Under the pieces are notes generated by a model. It was not told the origin of the DNA, did not search any database, and saw only the letters and a list, made by a program, of their open reading frames with translations. A DNA stretch of 64,000 nt from assembly GCA_946965045.2 (NCBI GenBank), contig OX337230.1:2108001-2172000 (forward strand), read 5' to 3'. Below are positions 1 to 11,527 of this stretch, piece by piece; positions within the stretch are counted from its first letter, which is position 1, and each line of letters begins with the position of its first letter. The position numbers and the translations under genes are program-made. The stretch comes from Epithemia pelagica (taxonomy: Eukaryota > Protista > Bacillariophyta).

Positions 1-495
1 CTTTGAAGCTACAAGTAGTTGGAAAGAAAGGTGTGTGTCGCGAACGTGAGGGCCTGTGTCCAGGGAATGTGTTTTTGAGTTCTGAAATCGAGTTTCGAGT
101 TTTGAGGTGGGGCTCTGTCCCTACCTTGAAACAACGATCTGGATGGAGCAAGAAGAATGGAGGGCAGAAAGATCTGCGTCTGCGTGCTGCGTACCAAACC
201 CCTCCAGCTGTCTTCCGTCTGTGCGGCGGCGGGCCTAAACCAGAGGAGCGGAGGCCAGACGAGCAGATGAGAAATTTGATGGGGAGGATCTTTCGTCTTT
301 CGTCCTCACGAATTCCGAAACAAAAAAAAAGATACTCTTACGACGATCCTTGAGATTGCGAGACGTCGTAAATCCTTGCATTCTTATTTCCTACATTCCA
401 TCGATATTGTTGGTTGTGTTGTAGATATCTTTTGTCGAGTGCTTGCTGGTGGCTGATGCTTGCCACAGTTCCTAGCGATTTGATTGTGGTTCACA

Positions 496-2745
496 ATGGG
501 CAGCACTCGAATGTATGGTTGCAGAATTCTGCACCAAATACATCGTAGGGTCGAAACAGCATGCTGGAATCTGGCAGGAGGTTCAACGACCCCGCCACGT
601 TCCTCCTCGCTGAAATGGCATCCAAAAAGATTGTGGTCCAGTTGGACTCGGCCACAAACTATTTTCCAAACGGCTGAACAACGGTCACCACCGGATAGAA
701 TGTGTGGCTCAACTGCAAAAGTTTTCATGTCCACTCATCAGTCGGAGCAGGACGGTATCAGTGGTGCACAAACAAGTGCTGTTACCAGAACGCCAGAATC
801 CATGTTAGGAATGGGAAGTTTGAAATGGTCCGTATTAATGGCACGTTACACAGACGATGAAGAAGAAGATGCAGAACCTCAGGGTGATGAGAATGAGACG
901 GAAGAGGAAATCTTAGATATTCGTGACCTGGAGCAGCAAGATCAGAATGATTCTACGGACGCGACGCGGAAAACTATGTATCATCATTTGATCGAGACAG
1001 CCTTGGCCAATGGTGTTGACACCATCGAAGTGGGAGATTTAGGTGGTGATACTGTCTTGTCTGAGATCCTCGACAAGGTACTGTTGGATCCGACGAGAGC
1101 CTCAAACGACAGTCCTCCTGTTGTTACTCTGTTAAAGCGTGTTGGATATCGAGCCGTGTCATCCTCCAAGAACGAGACTAAACAAACCAAAAAGAAAAAC
1201 AAGAAAGACAAAAACGTGCAAAATCACCGTACGAAACAGGATAACCTTGTGAACGGAAACACCCATGCCGTTCATTCACAATCACCACAGTCTTCATTGC
1301 TCACCCCTCCGCTTCGAGGAGACATCTTTTCCATGGATGTTAAAAACAAACCCACTCAAACAACACAAGCCGGTGCACAACAGTCACCCTCAGCATCATC
1401 CGGTCATGATTTGTCATACAAAGTGGTACACAATTTTTCCAAGGAAAGTCTCCAAATGGCATTGGATAACTGTGCACTATGCAAACGATTTGCACCACAC
1501 AATACAAATCATTCGAGCAAGGTACAAATGACTTTGTTGTTGCACAATCCTGAACTACAGGCTAACAAGGCTAGAATCGATGATGCTGGTTTGCGAACAT
1601 ATCAAGAAAGGCAATCTCGGATCTCTAAAACATTGACAAAGACGTTTTTAGCGCTCGAAGAGGAAATTGCTCAGGAGAAACAGAAGCGACTTTCACCATC
1701 TTCATATGGCATAGTCAGTCATGGACTCGGACTTCCACGCGATCATCCACAACATTTGAGTTGGAACGATGCCGTTCGGCCTGCATTGGAGCAGGCACAA
1801 GCGCAATGGTTCAACATGGGTCATTCATCTCCACTTCGATTTTCAGTGGTTCAATTGCCACTCAATGTGTGGGAAACCAATGGATTCGAAGTAGCGCGTC
1901 AAATAAAAGAGTACAACGCCACAATACAAGTTCATGCCATGCGACCTTTGACGGCCTATCCCACTGACAGTGATGAGAAGAATAGCAATATCGAAGACGA
2001 CAGTCATGTACCGGGAGCGAAGGGGTTCCCTGTCATTTTCACGGATTATCGATTGCCCGCCGTCATGGAAAAATCCTTTGAAGACGCGCTTGCTTGGACC
2101 AATGAAATGAATGCCCCTCCGAAAGTATATGACATTGCACGAGAAGCTGTAGTGACTCATTTTAATCCGAATGAAGTCTTAGAGAAACTGCAAAGGGAGA
2201 GACAAGAAATAGATGGGGAAGGAAAGAAGTCGACACTGGAACAGGTGGAAGCTGAGTTAACCTCTGAGCAACGGAAAACTTTAGAGGGATTCCGTGTCAT
2301 GCAAGATTTGCTACAGGATGTCCATGACGAATTGAAAAGAATGGTGAGCTGGGAAGGCCATGAGCGGGGTTTGTTTGATCAGGTTTTCCCCATTCTTCAC
2401 CACACCTTTGAAGGCTTCGATGAAGAGACGGATGAATTGTTGGAGCATTATTTTGCTGCACACAGTTGGGCGGTTCAATATCACGTTGCGAAACGAGTTC
2501 GAATCGAGTTGTTGAAACTTATTTCAAAGCATCAGGAGAAAACTGACACTGTTGTCTATTCCCCACTTACTCCTGAGGTACGGTTGCAAGATTATGCCAT
2601 TCAGTTCTTGTTGAATCAAACATTCAATACGCCGTCGCTGAAGAAGCAACCTTTGGTGGACAAGCTCGTGGTTGGTTGTACGGAAGCGGGACATGTGGTG
2701 CACGATATAGAGGTGATTCGGCAATACTTCCACAATGAGGGCTGA
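496..2745 (+). CDS. Aldo/keto-reductase-fold (NADP-dependent oxidoreductase-like) protein, divergent; start codon uncertain (ATG 496 or 838)
   Basis: Long single-exon ORF. AKR-like motifs occur in the expected order: ALANGVDTIE, LLKRVGYR, HNFSKESL, TLLLHNPE, TFLALEEE..SYGIVSHGL, VVQLPLNVWE, VHAMRPL. Confidence 0.6.
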   Translation: MGSTRMYGCRILHQIHRRVETACWNLAGGSTTPPRSSSLKWHPKRLWSSWTRPQTIFQTAEQRSPPDRMCGSTAKVFMSTHQSEQDGISGAQTSAVTRTPESMLGMGSLKWSVLMARYTDDEEEDAEPQGDENETEEEILDIRDLEQQDQNDSTDATRKTMYHHLIETALANGVDTIEVGDLGGDTVLSEILDKVLLDPTRASNDSPPVVTLLKRVGYRAVSSSKNETKQTKKKNKKDKNVQNHRTKQDNLVNGNTHAVHSQSPQSSLLTPPLRGDIFSMDVKNKPTQTTQAGAQQSPSASSGHDLSYKVVHNFSKESLQMALDNCALCKRFAPHNTNHSSKVQMTLLLHNPELQANKARIDDAGLRTYQERQSRISKTLTKTFLALEEEIAQEKQKRLSPSSYGIVSHGLGLPRDHPQHLSWNDAVRPALEQAQAQWFNMGHSSPLRFSVVQLPLNVWETNGFEVARQIKEYNATIQVHAMRPLTAYPTDSDEKNSNIEDDSHVPGAKGFPVIFTDYRLPAVMEKSFEDALAWTNEMNAPPKVYDIAREAVVTHFNPNEVLEKLQRERQEIDGEGKKSTLEQVEAELTSEQRKTLEGFRVMQDLLQDVHDELKRMVSWEGHERGLFDQVFPILHHTFEGFDEETDELLEHYFAAHSWAVQYHVAKRVRIELLKLISKHQEKTDTVVYSPLTPEVRLQDYAIQFLLNQTFNTPSLKKQPLVDKLVVGCTEAGHVVHDIEVIRQYFHNEG

Positions 2746-3081
2746 CAAGACCCCCTAGGGAAACAGACCTTAATAGTCTTGCTTCATCGAGGCCATTGGT
2801 GGTTCATGCTCAACGGTGGACATTCAGGCTCTCCCACTCTTGATCCCTTGCGCGTTGTAATCGGGTGCGAATCCCAACTTGGCATTGCTTTTTGCCAGTG
2901 GCTCTTGCGGTTGACAAAAAAGCACACGCATCTACTGAAACCCAGGATTTCTATGCATCTCAAATTTGAATTCGACTACTCAAGCTTTTGCTACTGTCCT
3001 GACCGAAACTTTCCAGATAGATATTCTGACAAATTGTGAAAAGACTCCTGCTCATGTATGGTTTTAATGATATCTCAACTT

Positions 3082-4522
3082 TCAACGGCAATTCATTTCG
3101 GGATCACAGCAACTTGCGGTGGCACAGGGGTTGTGTTGGCAGTCCAACCCAAACTCCAACAAGGGCGAGGGGCACGTGGGGCATGCAGGGCAGTACTCTT
3201 CTGGAAATGATCCAGAAAAGCTGTTGCCTTGAATAAAGAACGTTCCTGAAGCCAGAAAAGGTTTAGCATGGACTGACGCGAAGAGATTTGTCCCAACACA
3301 CAAGACAAACTATGTACTTACGGAGATTGTTGTCATTCTTCAAAAATGTGTTTGGGATTGGTCCGCTGAGTTGGTTGTGCTGAAGATAGAGAAATTGCAG
3401 GTTGTGCATGGAAGGGAACAGTTCGGGATCAATCGAACCAGAAATGGCATTGCGATCCAACCAAAGACTTTGCAATGACTGAATCAAACATAGGGAATTG
3501 GACAGTTCCCCAGAAAGCTTGTTTTCACTGAGTTCCAGCTCTGAGACATGCATGATACCGGGATTCAAACGATGACTGCAGGTGATACCAAACCAGTTCC
3601 CTTTACCTTCGGAATCAGCACAAACCTTCTGACTGGATAGCCAGCCATTGGAGTTTGTCCAGTCATCTCCTCCCATGGAGTAATAGAGCATCGCCAAGGC
3701 ATAGCGGGTGACGAGTTCTGTTTCTGAATCTTGGTTGTCTTCGAAAATGAGCCACGATAGTGCACGAACCGAGGGAGGCTTGGTAATGTCATCGTGGTCG
3801 TCTTCTTCGAGAGCTTCCAGGGTGTATGGTATTTCCAGGGTGAGGTTATACGTGACGGGATTGCGAGAAAGTGTCGAGCGGATCATTCCAAACTGTTCTT
3901 GAGGATTCAACGTGCGGCTTGGGGAGTAGGTCGGTCCAACATGTACATGAGGGGAGTCATGCCCATTCTCATTGCTTCGTGTGTCATCATTGTTGCTACG
4001 GATCACGGCAATGGAAGTGGTCGTGGCAATAATAGCAGCCGCCATGACGATGGCAATCACTGCGACAGTGAACAATTCCCATCGAGGGATGTGATGAAGA
4101 AACCACTCGTCTTCCGGATACTCGACATCCTCTATCTCAAACCCCTTTGGGCTACGGACGGATTTGATATCGTTTTCATCTTCCGGGAGGGGTCCTTCTT
4201 GATCTTCTTCAGTACAAGTTTCCGTGGACTCGAACTTGAGGACGTCGGTGCTTGCTTTCTTGGTCGAGATGGTCTTTGTAGACCGTTTGCTGTGACTCGA
4301 TTGGTGGCGGTACTGCTTCTTAGACTTGACGGCAACGGGTCCCACTCCCACGGGTCGCTTTGAAGATGCCGCAACGTTAGGAAGCACAGGACTGCGGTGA
4401 TCTTCGGGCAACGACGGAGCTTCTTCGTCGTGAGTAATCTCATGCTTGCATTCTTCGCTGTGTCCGTACAGACGTGTTAGTCCTTGGCCCTCCATCGAAG
4501 CTCGTTCTTGAAGAAAAGACAT
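3082..4522 (-). CDS. Single-pass membrane protein with leucine-rich repeats; 2 exons (intron 3246-3321)
   Basis: TM helix LFTVAVIAIVMAAAIIA, RYALAMLYYSMGGDDW motif and LRRs (LELSENKLSGEL, LWLDRNAISGSI, LYLQHNQLSGPIP). A 76-nt GTAAGT...TTCAG intron restores a further LRR (LRTFFIQGNSFSGSFP) and a Cys-rich cap. Confidence 0.85.
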
Positions 4523-5512
4523 GAGTGGTCGATCAGCGTGTTGTCAAGAGACAAACCTGCAAGTAGATGAGAGGAATGCGAAACGAGGCAAGTACGCAAA
4601 AATAATGAGAAGAATCAAAGGTCCAAACTCGAGAGATACCTTGAAACAAGACGATGCAATTTTGTCTTCTGCACATATGGATCCGTGACTGAACCAAGAC
4701 GTCCATCTTGTCAATCATTACCGTTGAAGCGTTCTTCCGCTGTAGAATTGATCCACACCACATTATGGACATGCGGCGACCATGGATAGGTTGTCGCTTC
4801 GCCGCCTCCTTGGATTGGGATCATGGCGACTTCGGTCCCCGCCTCCTTTCTACCTCGTTCATGGTTTTTGTGTACTCCCCAGCAGTAGGAGCTGTAACGT
4901 GTACATATTAATTCAGGAAAAATTATCATTAACATGCAATAGTACCGATAAAGCGTAGTATGGAGGCGCTTTTGACTTTCGACTCCCACTGAAGTATTCC
5001 CGTGTCTCTACACATGGAGGACCATGGTTCGTCTTGTTCATGTGTCGCAGAAAACACAGACATCTGTGCCCCTTTCACTATCGTATCTATGGAAGATCCA
5101 CACATACTACTCCTACCTCGTCCTAGTCAGATGCTCTTGAATGAATTGCTCCTCTCTAGAGTAGGATAGGGAAGGTCAGGACTGGATCTTTCAAAGCTAG
5201 GGCTACCCATCCTGCTCCCACGAATTGAGAACTAACCGTCTATGGAAATGCCGATCCATCACAGGTGTACCACCGCAAAATGAATTTGTCATCGCAGCGA
5301 TTTGCATTTTCCCACTCATAAGAAGGTTATAGTACATGCAGGATCGAAGAACCACTACTCTTGAAGCTCGTATCATTGGCAAGCGCTACCGTACGTTCTT
5401 CACACGGAAGACGACTGATTTCAATTTGGAAGGAACGTTTCGATTCACAACCCAATTCTCGATGACTCCCTTTCTCAAGGATTCCCTGTTCCGGGTTGAC
5501 CGTTGTGCATCC

Positions 5513-6544
5513 CTACACAAGACGTCCATCGAGTGGTGTTTGTTGTGCCTGCGCCAGTTGTCGGGCAAAGAGTCGCGAGGGTCGAGAAATTGAGCGACAG
5601 GTACGTCGAATGAGTTCCGCCTTGTCAGTGGGCGAAAAGTACCAGGACGATGCCAAGGAGGACGATAAAATGGGATTGCTCTGAATTTCCAAAATGGCTT
5701 GTAGCAATTGTTGTCGCCGGGACAATCGATCGCGAGTCACAGGCATGACCGCCCAGCTACTCAATCCATGACGATGAACATTCTTTTCCAGCCACTGCGA
5801 CAAAATTCCCTCCTCGGTTGGATTCAGTACGAGTCCTTGACGGTTGGGAGGATAATTCTCGTTAGAGTCCATGCTGTGGCTCTGCTTCATCTCCTCTTCT
5901 TCCTCGTCATGGTCATCCGAATCGAATTCATCCTCGGCTTCGCAGCATGCCGCATAGGTTTGCAAAAGAGCCTTGTAATAGCTGGTTGTGTGCACGCGAC
6001 TTAACATGCTTCCACAACCTTCGTCCCAGGAGTTATGCATACCTCGATTTATTGTGCCACTGCAACCACGCGAACCTTCCAGATAGTGAATCTCCCGCGC
6101 CAAGACATTTTGGGTACTGCGAAAGCGCTGATACTCATGCACCGTGTACCACAACCGCGAGGCATCCTCCACGACAGTGTCGTTGCTCCTTTCTACCGCT
6201 GTACAGGATAATGGATTGTCGTAGTACACATTGTGTTGTTCGGAAATGCGCACGGCTTTAGTAGCGGGTGTTTCATTGCAGTAGTCATTCTCATTATTCT
6301 TTTCTGGTGGGACTTCCAATGGTTCTGCATCCTCTTCTACCATAGTTGGCGCGGAAGCTGTTGCGGCGTCAGCCCTTGTCGATTGGTCTCGATCGTGTCT
6401 TGGCGGCGAAAAGGGAGGAATGGTAGAATGAGAAAGGAGGGTGGTATCTTCCGGCGAGGAAAACTCGGACTCTCTTGGTGGACGGCAGGAAGGATTGATT
6501 TGGTGATCCATCATTTTGCCGCCGTCGTGTCCATCCTGGGACAT
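5513..6544 (-). CDS. Hypothetical protein (diatom-type family with WY..EY..F...RHGL...RR..LL...Q...S..S..A..LA pattern)
   Basis: Open frame of about 343 aa from ATG 6544 with protein-like composition. No known domain recognised. Confidence 0.65.
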   Translation of the reverse strand: MSQDGHDGGKMMDHQINPSCRPPRESEFSSPEDTTLLSHSTIPPFSPPRHDRDQSTRADAATASAPTMVEEDAEPLEVPPEKNNENDYCNETPATKAVRISEQHNVYYDNPLSCTAVERSNDTVVEDASRLWYTVHEYQRFRSTQNVLAREIHYLEGSRGCSGTINRGMHNSWDEGCGSMLSRVHTTSYYKALLQTYAACCEAEDEFDSDDHDEEEEEMKQSHSMDSNENYPPNRQGLVLNPTEEGILSQWLEKNVHRHGLSSWAVMPVTRDRLSRRQQLLQAILEIQSNPILSSSLASSWYFSPTDKAELIRRTCRSISRPSRLFARQLAQAQQTPLDGRLV

Positions 6545-7984
6545 GCCCACGTTCAAGGGCGCAACGGCGTAATAGCGAGCCAAGAGGGATAGCAACATGA
6601 TGATAGAGGCAGAAAAGAAAAGTTATGAAAAGACCGAGGGATCAATTAAAAAGAGGGATGTTCCACTCCCGCGTACCCGTCCCAAACAACCAGAGAAATG
6701 GTTGCCGTCGCAAGATGCTGTCAAGACCAATCAAGCTTTCACAAGTAAGCACGAAAGGAATGAACCAGCAGAGGTAGAGGTAGATGTCCCTTGTCCCCTT
6801 TCTGGTTTGGATGGTTCAACAAAACGTGTTCATTCCAGCGTGTGACACACGAAAAGTGACAGAACACAAAATACAGCAAAAGGCGAACAAAAAAAGGAAG
6901 AAAAGAATCAATATTCAATATAGTAGTACACGTAGTGTGCGCTACCGGCATTGGCAATTGGCATGTCCGCGCAAACCGCAGAAACCGCAGAGTTCTTTTT
7001 CCGCGGGAAGTGCATGCAATTTCGAGATCCAATTACCAACAACTCTGGCTCGCCAAACAAATTTCACATACTTTCCGTTGTTCGACATGATGGGTCCGTT
7101 GAAGGTCGTGCGGGTAGAGCACTGAGGTGTTGGAAAGTGTCTGAAACATTTAAAGGACTTGGATCACACCTCCGCATTTACGAAATCGGATTTTTGATTT
7201 TTGTCAACAAGCGAGCAGCGAGCAGTCCTGGCATTCACGTAAAAATCAAAAAACAGCCGCGACCGCGTAGTCCCAGGGAGTTTCTCGAAACTCCGAATCA
7301 GACAGTGTCGGGTCATAGTTAGTATCTTGAATCTTGACCAATCAGTGACTCGTACGAGTACAATACGAGCTCATACTCGTACTGGTTAACGAGTACTCGC
7401 CTCAAAATGACCCAGTTGACATTCTCGTCTCTCATTATTCTTGTGCTAATCCCATGGGAGGATGGGGATAAGGCCATCTCTCGTTGCGTGGGTGCACGCA
7501 CGCACGGGGGACGGGGGCAAAATAAGGGGTTGTCTGTTTAGCACCCTTGACCTTGACCGTACCAAAAGAGAGCGTCTACTTGTATTCCACAAAACGATAT
7601 ACTTCGACGAAATTGTTCTGGAACAGCTTGGAGCGAGCTCTAGAGGAGTACTACTCCTATTGATCTACTCCTAGGAGTACGCCCACTCGCCGACTGAAAG
7701 TCAAAACAACCGGGCAGAGGTACCGGTAGTTGAGTCTCGATCCCGTTCAGCACTAGGAGATTGGTCGCCTGCCGCTTAATATGCGTGCGTGGTCGCATGG
7801 GGACCCGACACTACGTACATTTTACATGTTGGAAGAGGGCATCAACAGAGACGGAGAGGAACGAGGAGAGGAGAGAACCCGAAATCTTCCATGGATCACG
7901 GAATCATCCTACCTACCATTTCTATCGCACCACATTTTTGTTTCCTTGCAGGATTTCAAGCTTTCTGCTCCAACAGTTTGGACC

Positions 7985-9853
7985 ATGGTGATACCACAAA
8001 AACTCGGTAAAGCTTTCTTACGGCCAAGAATGAATCAAATGAAACTTGGGGCCACCATACTGCTGCTAATGGCGGCTATTGTCCAGTGGAAGCAGTTCAA
8101 TAATGGGATGGAGAAAATCAAGACCATTGGCGACCTAACATTGTCAACTTCGTACATGAATCTGACAGGCTCAACCAACACCACCGAAAACGCTTTGATT
8201 GTTCATCCACACCCTGCAGTTGACCCTAGAGAACACAAAGAAGCGACTCCATTATCAAACTTAAGTCTTTCAAAAGCATCAGGTAGCTTACGACAGGCTA
8301 ACTCTGTAATCAACAGCCTCATCCCTCCTACAACCCCATCCGGAAAGAAAGCGAAAGAAGAGAGCAATCCATTCTCTTCTTGGAAAAGTCCGAAGAGCAC
8401 CAGGTATTATGGAACCCATCCAGTCACTGCCGAGGAATCAGCCGTGCTGACAGCGCGGCAGCAGAGTGGGTCAACCAGAACAATCCGCATGGCTGTCTGT
8501 CACCCCACCATCCACTCAGAGACAACGCGCGGAAATTTGACAAGTATGGAGAAGTTCCTCGTTTTTGTATCGTACTATCGGTTGTTGGGCTTTGATCATA
8601 TATTTCTCTGGTATCTTCCTGGCATTCAGTACATTGACGGATTTGATACTCTACAAGCACTGCCCTACGTCACCATGACAGAACATGATCCCTCTCTTTC
8701 TCAGCAGAAAGAAACGTATTTTGGACAAGGGAAGGTCATGGCGGCATGTTTGAGAGAAGAGCAGTTTGCTCATTCCTATGACTGGGTCTTAAGCATAGAT
8801 GCTGATGAATACTTGTGGCTCAATCCACAGTTTTCTAACCAAACTGCATCTCCGCAATCCGGTACTACCACGAATTCAAGCGAAAGGCCGATGCTAAACG
8901 TCAAAGATTGGCTTACAAGCAATGAATTCGACCGATATCATTATCTATCCTTCGGAAAATACATGTACACTATGAAGCATGTGTACCTTCCGGCTTCGAG
9001 TGCGACACCAGCAACGGACACACAACACGAACGGCAGGAGAAAATGTTCGGCTCCTCATCATCTTTTGGTGAGATGTCGCTATGTTCATTCACAGGTGGA
9101 CCATACTGTCATAAAGAATGGATATCGCAGTCTTTGAACTACTCTTTAGCGACCTCAGAAAAACAGAGACGTGGTACACGAACCATTTGTCCTGGATGGC
9201 GTGCGCGATCGAAAGTTATGGTGAAGCCAAAGTTCTGGTCTAACGCGGGAATGGTAATACTTCATGGTGACCGCGACCTGTTGGTACAACTGGGTGCGAT
9301 TCATTTCCACCCCTTCTACCAAGCACACATTAAGGAGTGGGGAAATTGGCTCCATCCATTTAAGGATCCCACCATTCGTGCTGATACAACATCATTCTTC
9401 ATCACGCGTCAGGAAGAAGTTGAAACTCACCAACCCATGGAATCTCACGTTCGGTATCGTCTATCACGACCATACAAGGGTGGTAACGATTACACAAGCA
9501 GATATTATGACGCTGTTGAATTCTTTTGGGACCAGAGCCTTGTTCCATGGTTGCAATCGGTGGCTCAAGGATTTCCTGATTCTCACCATTTCGCTTCTTT
9601 CACTGTTAATAACATGACAAGGAGGGACAAGAGCGTCACTCAGAATGGCTTATCGGAGTTTGCGGACCTAAACTCCTCTATGTTGTCCGCTCCTGGAACT
9701 GAGAATGCTACAGAGGTTGAAGAGATTGTACCACTGTGTGCAACAAGATTTTCCTGTACAAGGCTGGCTCATCAGAATCTAACATTGCCTCCTTTGGTCA
9801 TAAATGTGGCCTTCCCTGCCAAAGTGACGGCTAGACTTCGCAGCGGAACCTGA
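7985..9853 (+). CDS. Glycosyltransferase family 92 (DUF23)-like type II membrane protein
   Basis: N-terminal signal anchor (LGATILLLMAAIV), then FVSYYRLLGFDHIFLWY, QGKVMAACL and YDWVLSIDADEYLWL (DxD motif), typical of GT-A fold GT92. Confidence 0.7.
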   Translation: MVIPQKLGKAFLRPRMNQMKLGATILLLMAAIVQWKQFNNGMEKIKTIGDLTLSTSYMNLTGSTNTTENALIVHPHPAVDPREHKEATPLSNLSLSKASGSLRQANSVINSLIPPTTPSGKKAKEESNPFSSWKSPKSTRYYGTHPVTAEESAVLTARQQSGSTRTIRMAVCHPTIHSETTRGNLTSMEKFLVFVSYYRLLGFDHIFLWYLPGIQYIDGFDTLQALPYVTMTEHDPSLSQQKETYFGQGKVMAACLREEQFAHSYDWVLSIDADEYLWLNPQFSNQTASPQSGTTTNSSERPMLNVKDWLTSNEFDRYHYLSFGKYMYTMKHVYLPASSATPATDTQHERQEKMFGSSSSFGEMSLCSFTGGPYCHKEWISQSLNYSLATSEKQRRGTRTICPGWRARSKVMVKPKFWSNAGMVILHGDRDLLVQLGAIHFHPFYQAHIKEWGNWLHPFKDPTIRADTTSFFITRQEEVETHQPMESHVRYRLSRPYKGGNDYTSRYYDAVEFFWDQSLVPWLQSVAQGFPDSHHFASFTVNNMTRRDKSVTQNGLSEFADLNSSMLSAPGTENATEVEEIVPLCATRFSCTRLAHQNLTLPPLVINVAFPAKVTARLRSGT

Positions 9854-10305
9854 CAAGGAGAAATGAAAAGGATAAGCTTCATGGTACACTAATCTTCATG
9901 ACAAGATGATGGCTACTGACTAGCATTAAAGGATCAAATGAGACGATAGAAAGTTAAGAAGAAATATCTTGTGTCTATGTACGTATGTCTGACAAAATAC
10001 TAGAGACAAATGTGGTGACAAACACAGTCGAAGAGTCAGTGTTCCGTCTCAAACCTGATTCCCGCAGTAATGCTCGAGAACTCCAGGTATCAAACTTTGG
10101 TTACAAGGCGATTTGATCGAGTGATTCAATGAACGACGGCGGGCAATGACTGATTCGTCCCCACCTTAGACACGTCATGATGAGTCTTTGCTTGTCTGCT
10201 GTGCACAATTTTTATTGAAGGACCCAACCTTGATGGAATAGCGCCACAAACTGCAAAGTGCTTTGCTTCATTCCCAGTGTCGGACCCATAAACAAAGGCA
10301 TTTCC

Positions 10306-10956
10306 CTAGGACCAGGACGACGGAGAATGATGCATAGTGGTCGAGCCTAAATCCGTTCCCATTAACATTCGTGTGGCAGCACTCGTGGAAGTGGTCATCG
10401 CGCCATCTTCATTTAACAATGGCACCGGTCCCACCAGCAAAAAGAGGGCAACCATCCAAATGAGACTGGTGAGAATTACCAAGCTTTTGTCCAACCATGT
10501 CCATTTTGTCAAAGAAGCTTGAGGAGAGGATGTGAGTACTGGTGGTTCGAATGTCTTGTTTGTGGAGACCGATGCCTCATCTTGATTGCCATCATCCATT
10601 ACAACCAATTCGGCTGCCATGAGTTCGGCAATCATTTGCCGTTTGAGTTCTTCGGCTAGTGATCCATCGTCGGTCATGTCATCGTCGTCGAACCGCTTCT
10701 TGCCGTTTTGGTTGTTGTTACGGGCTTTCCCCGTTGTGGCTTCCCTTCGAATGGATTCCAAAATGGCATCGGCATCGTCTGACATTTTCTTGATTTCAAA
10801 ATTGTAGTCCTCGGTGGCTGCCGTTTCATCATCGTTGGGTTCAGGAAGCGTAGAATCCAAAGTGGTATTCATTGGGTTTGAAGTATTGCCGGCAGTATCC
10901 ATGCCCGTGCTGTGGCTATTCAGCGAAGAGAGATCGGATTTCACGGAGAATGTCAT
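10306..10956 (-). CDS. Hypothetical acidic coiled-coil protein with a C-terminal transmembrane anchor
   Basis: ORF from ATG 10956. Acidic helical region followed by the hydrophobic segment SLVILTSLIWMVALFLLVG. Confidence 0.55.
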   Translation of the reverse strand: MTFSVKSDLSSLNSHSTGMDTAGNTSNPMNTTLDSTLPEPNDDETAATEDYNFEIKKMSDDADAILESIRREATTGKARNNNQNGKKRFDDDDMTDDGSLAEELKRQMIAELMAAELVVMDDGNQDEASVSTNKTFEPPVLTSSPQASLTKWTWLDKSLVILTSLIWMVALFLLVGPVPLLNEDGAMTTSTSAATRMLMGTDLGSTTMHHSPSSWS

Positions 10957-11527
10957 TTCGAGTAGGTGCGGCGCGATGAGTACTATTCGTATCGCGACAG
11001 TTTCGGATTCGGATAACGAGGAATGTACAATATGAGAGGAATCGAGCAGGTTCCCGCACACTTGCAATATATCAACGAAATCCGACTTGTGCCTATTCCC
11101 AAATCAATCTGGATTATTATCAACGGAACTTGCTTGTTGTTGTTGGTTGAAAGTTATCGTCTTTTTTATTCTGCCTCTCACTCTCTCGGTGTTGATTTGG
11201 AGATGGCAAGAATTTCCCAATCCGTTATCGTTGTCAGTTTTTTCTGTTGTGCGAATGTGTGGTGGTTGGCGGGCCGTTTGTCGCGAGACGTCCTCAATGT
11301 GCGAACCCACTATCAGGATTACGAGCATGCCCGCCTTTCTCATTGGATGCCGAAGAATTGGCGGGAATGATATCCGGCGCCGGCAGGGTAGGCCCCCAGC
11401 GCGCGGGCATCTATGCACGGTCCGTCCGTACACCCTCAAATCGGGATTATCCGTCTCTCGTCATTTTTTGTTGCTCTTTGTTGTTGTCGTTGTCCTAGTG
11501 TTACGAACCTATTCGTCGTCATTCATT

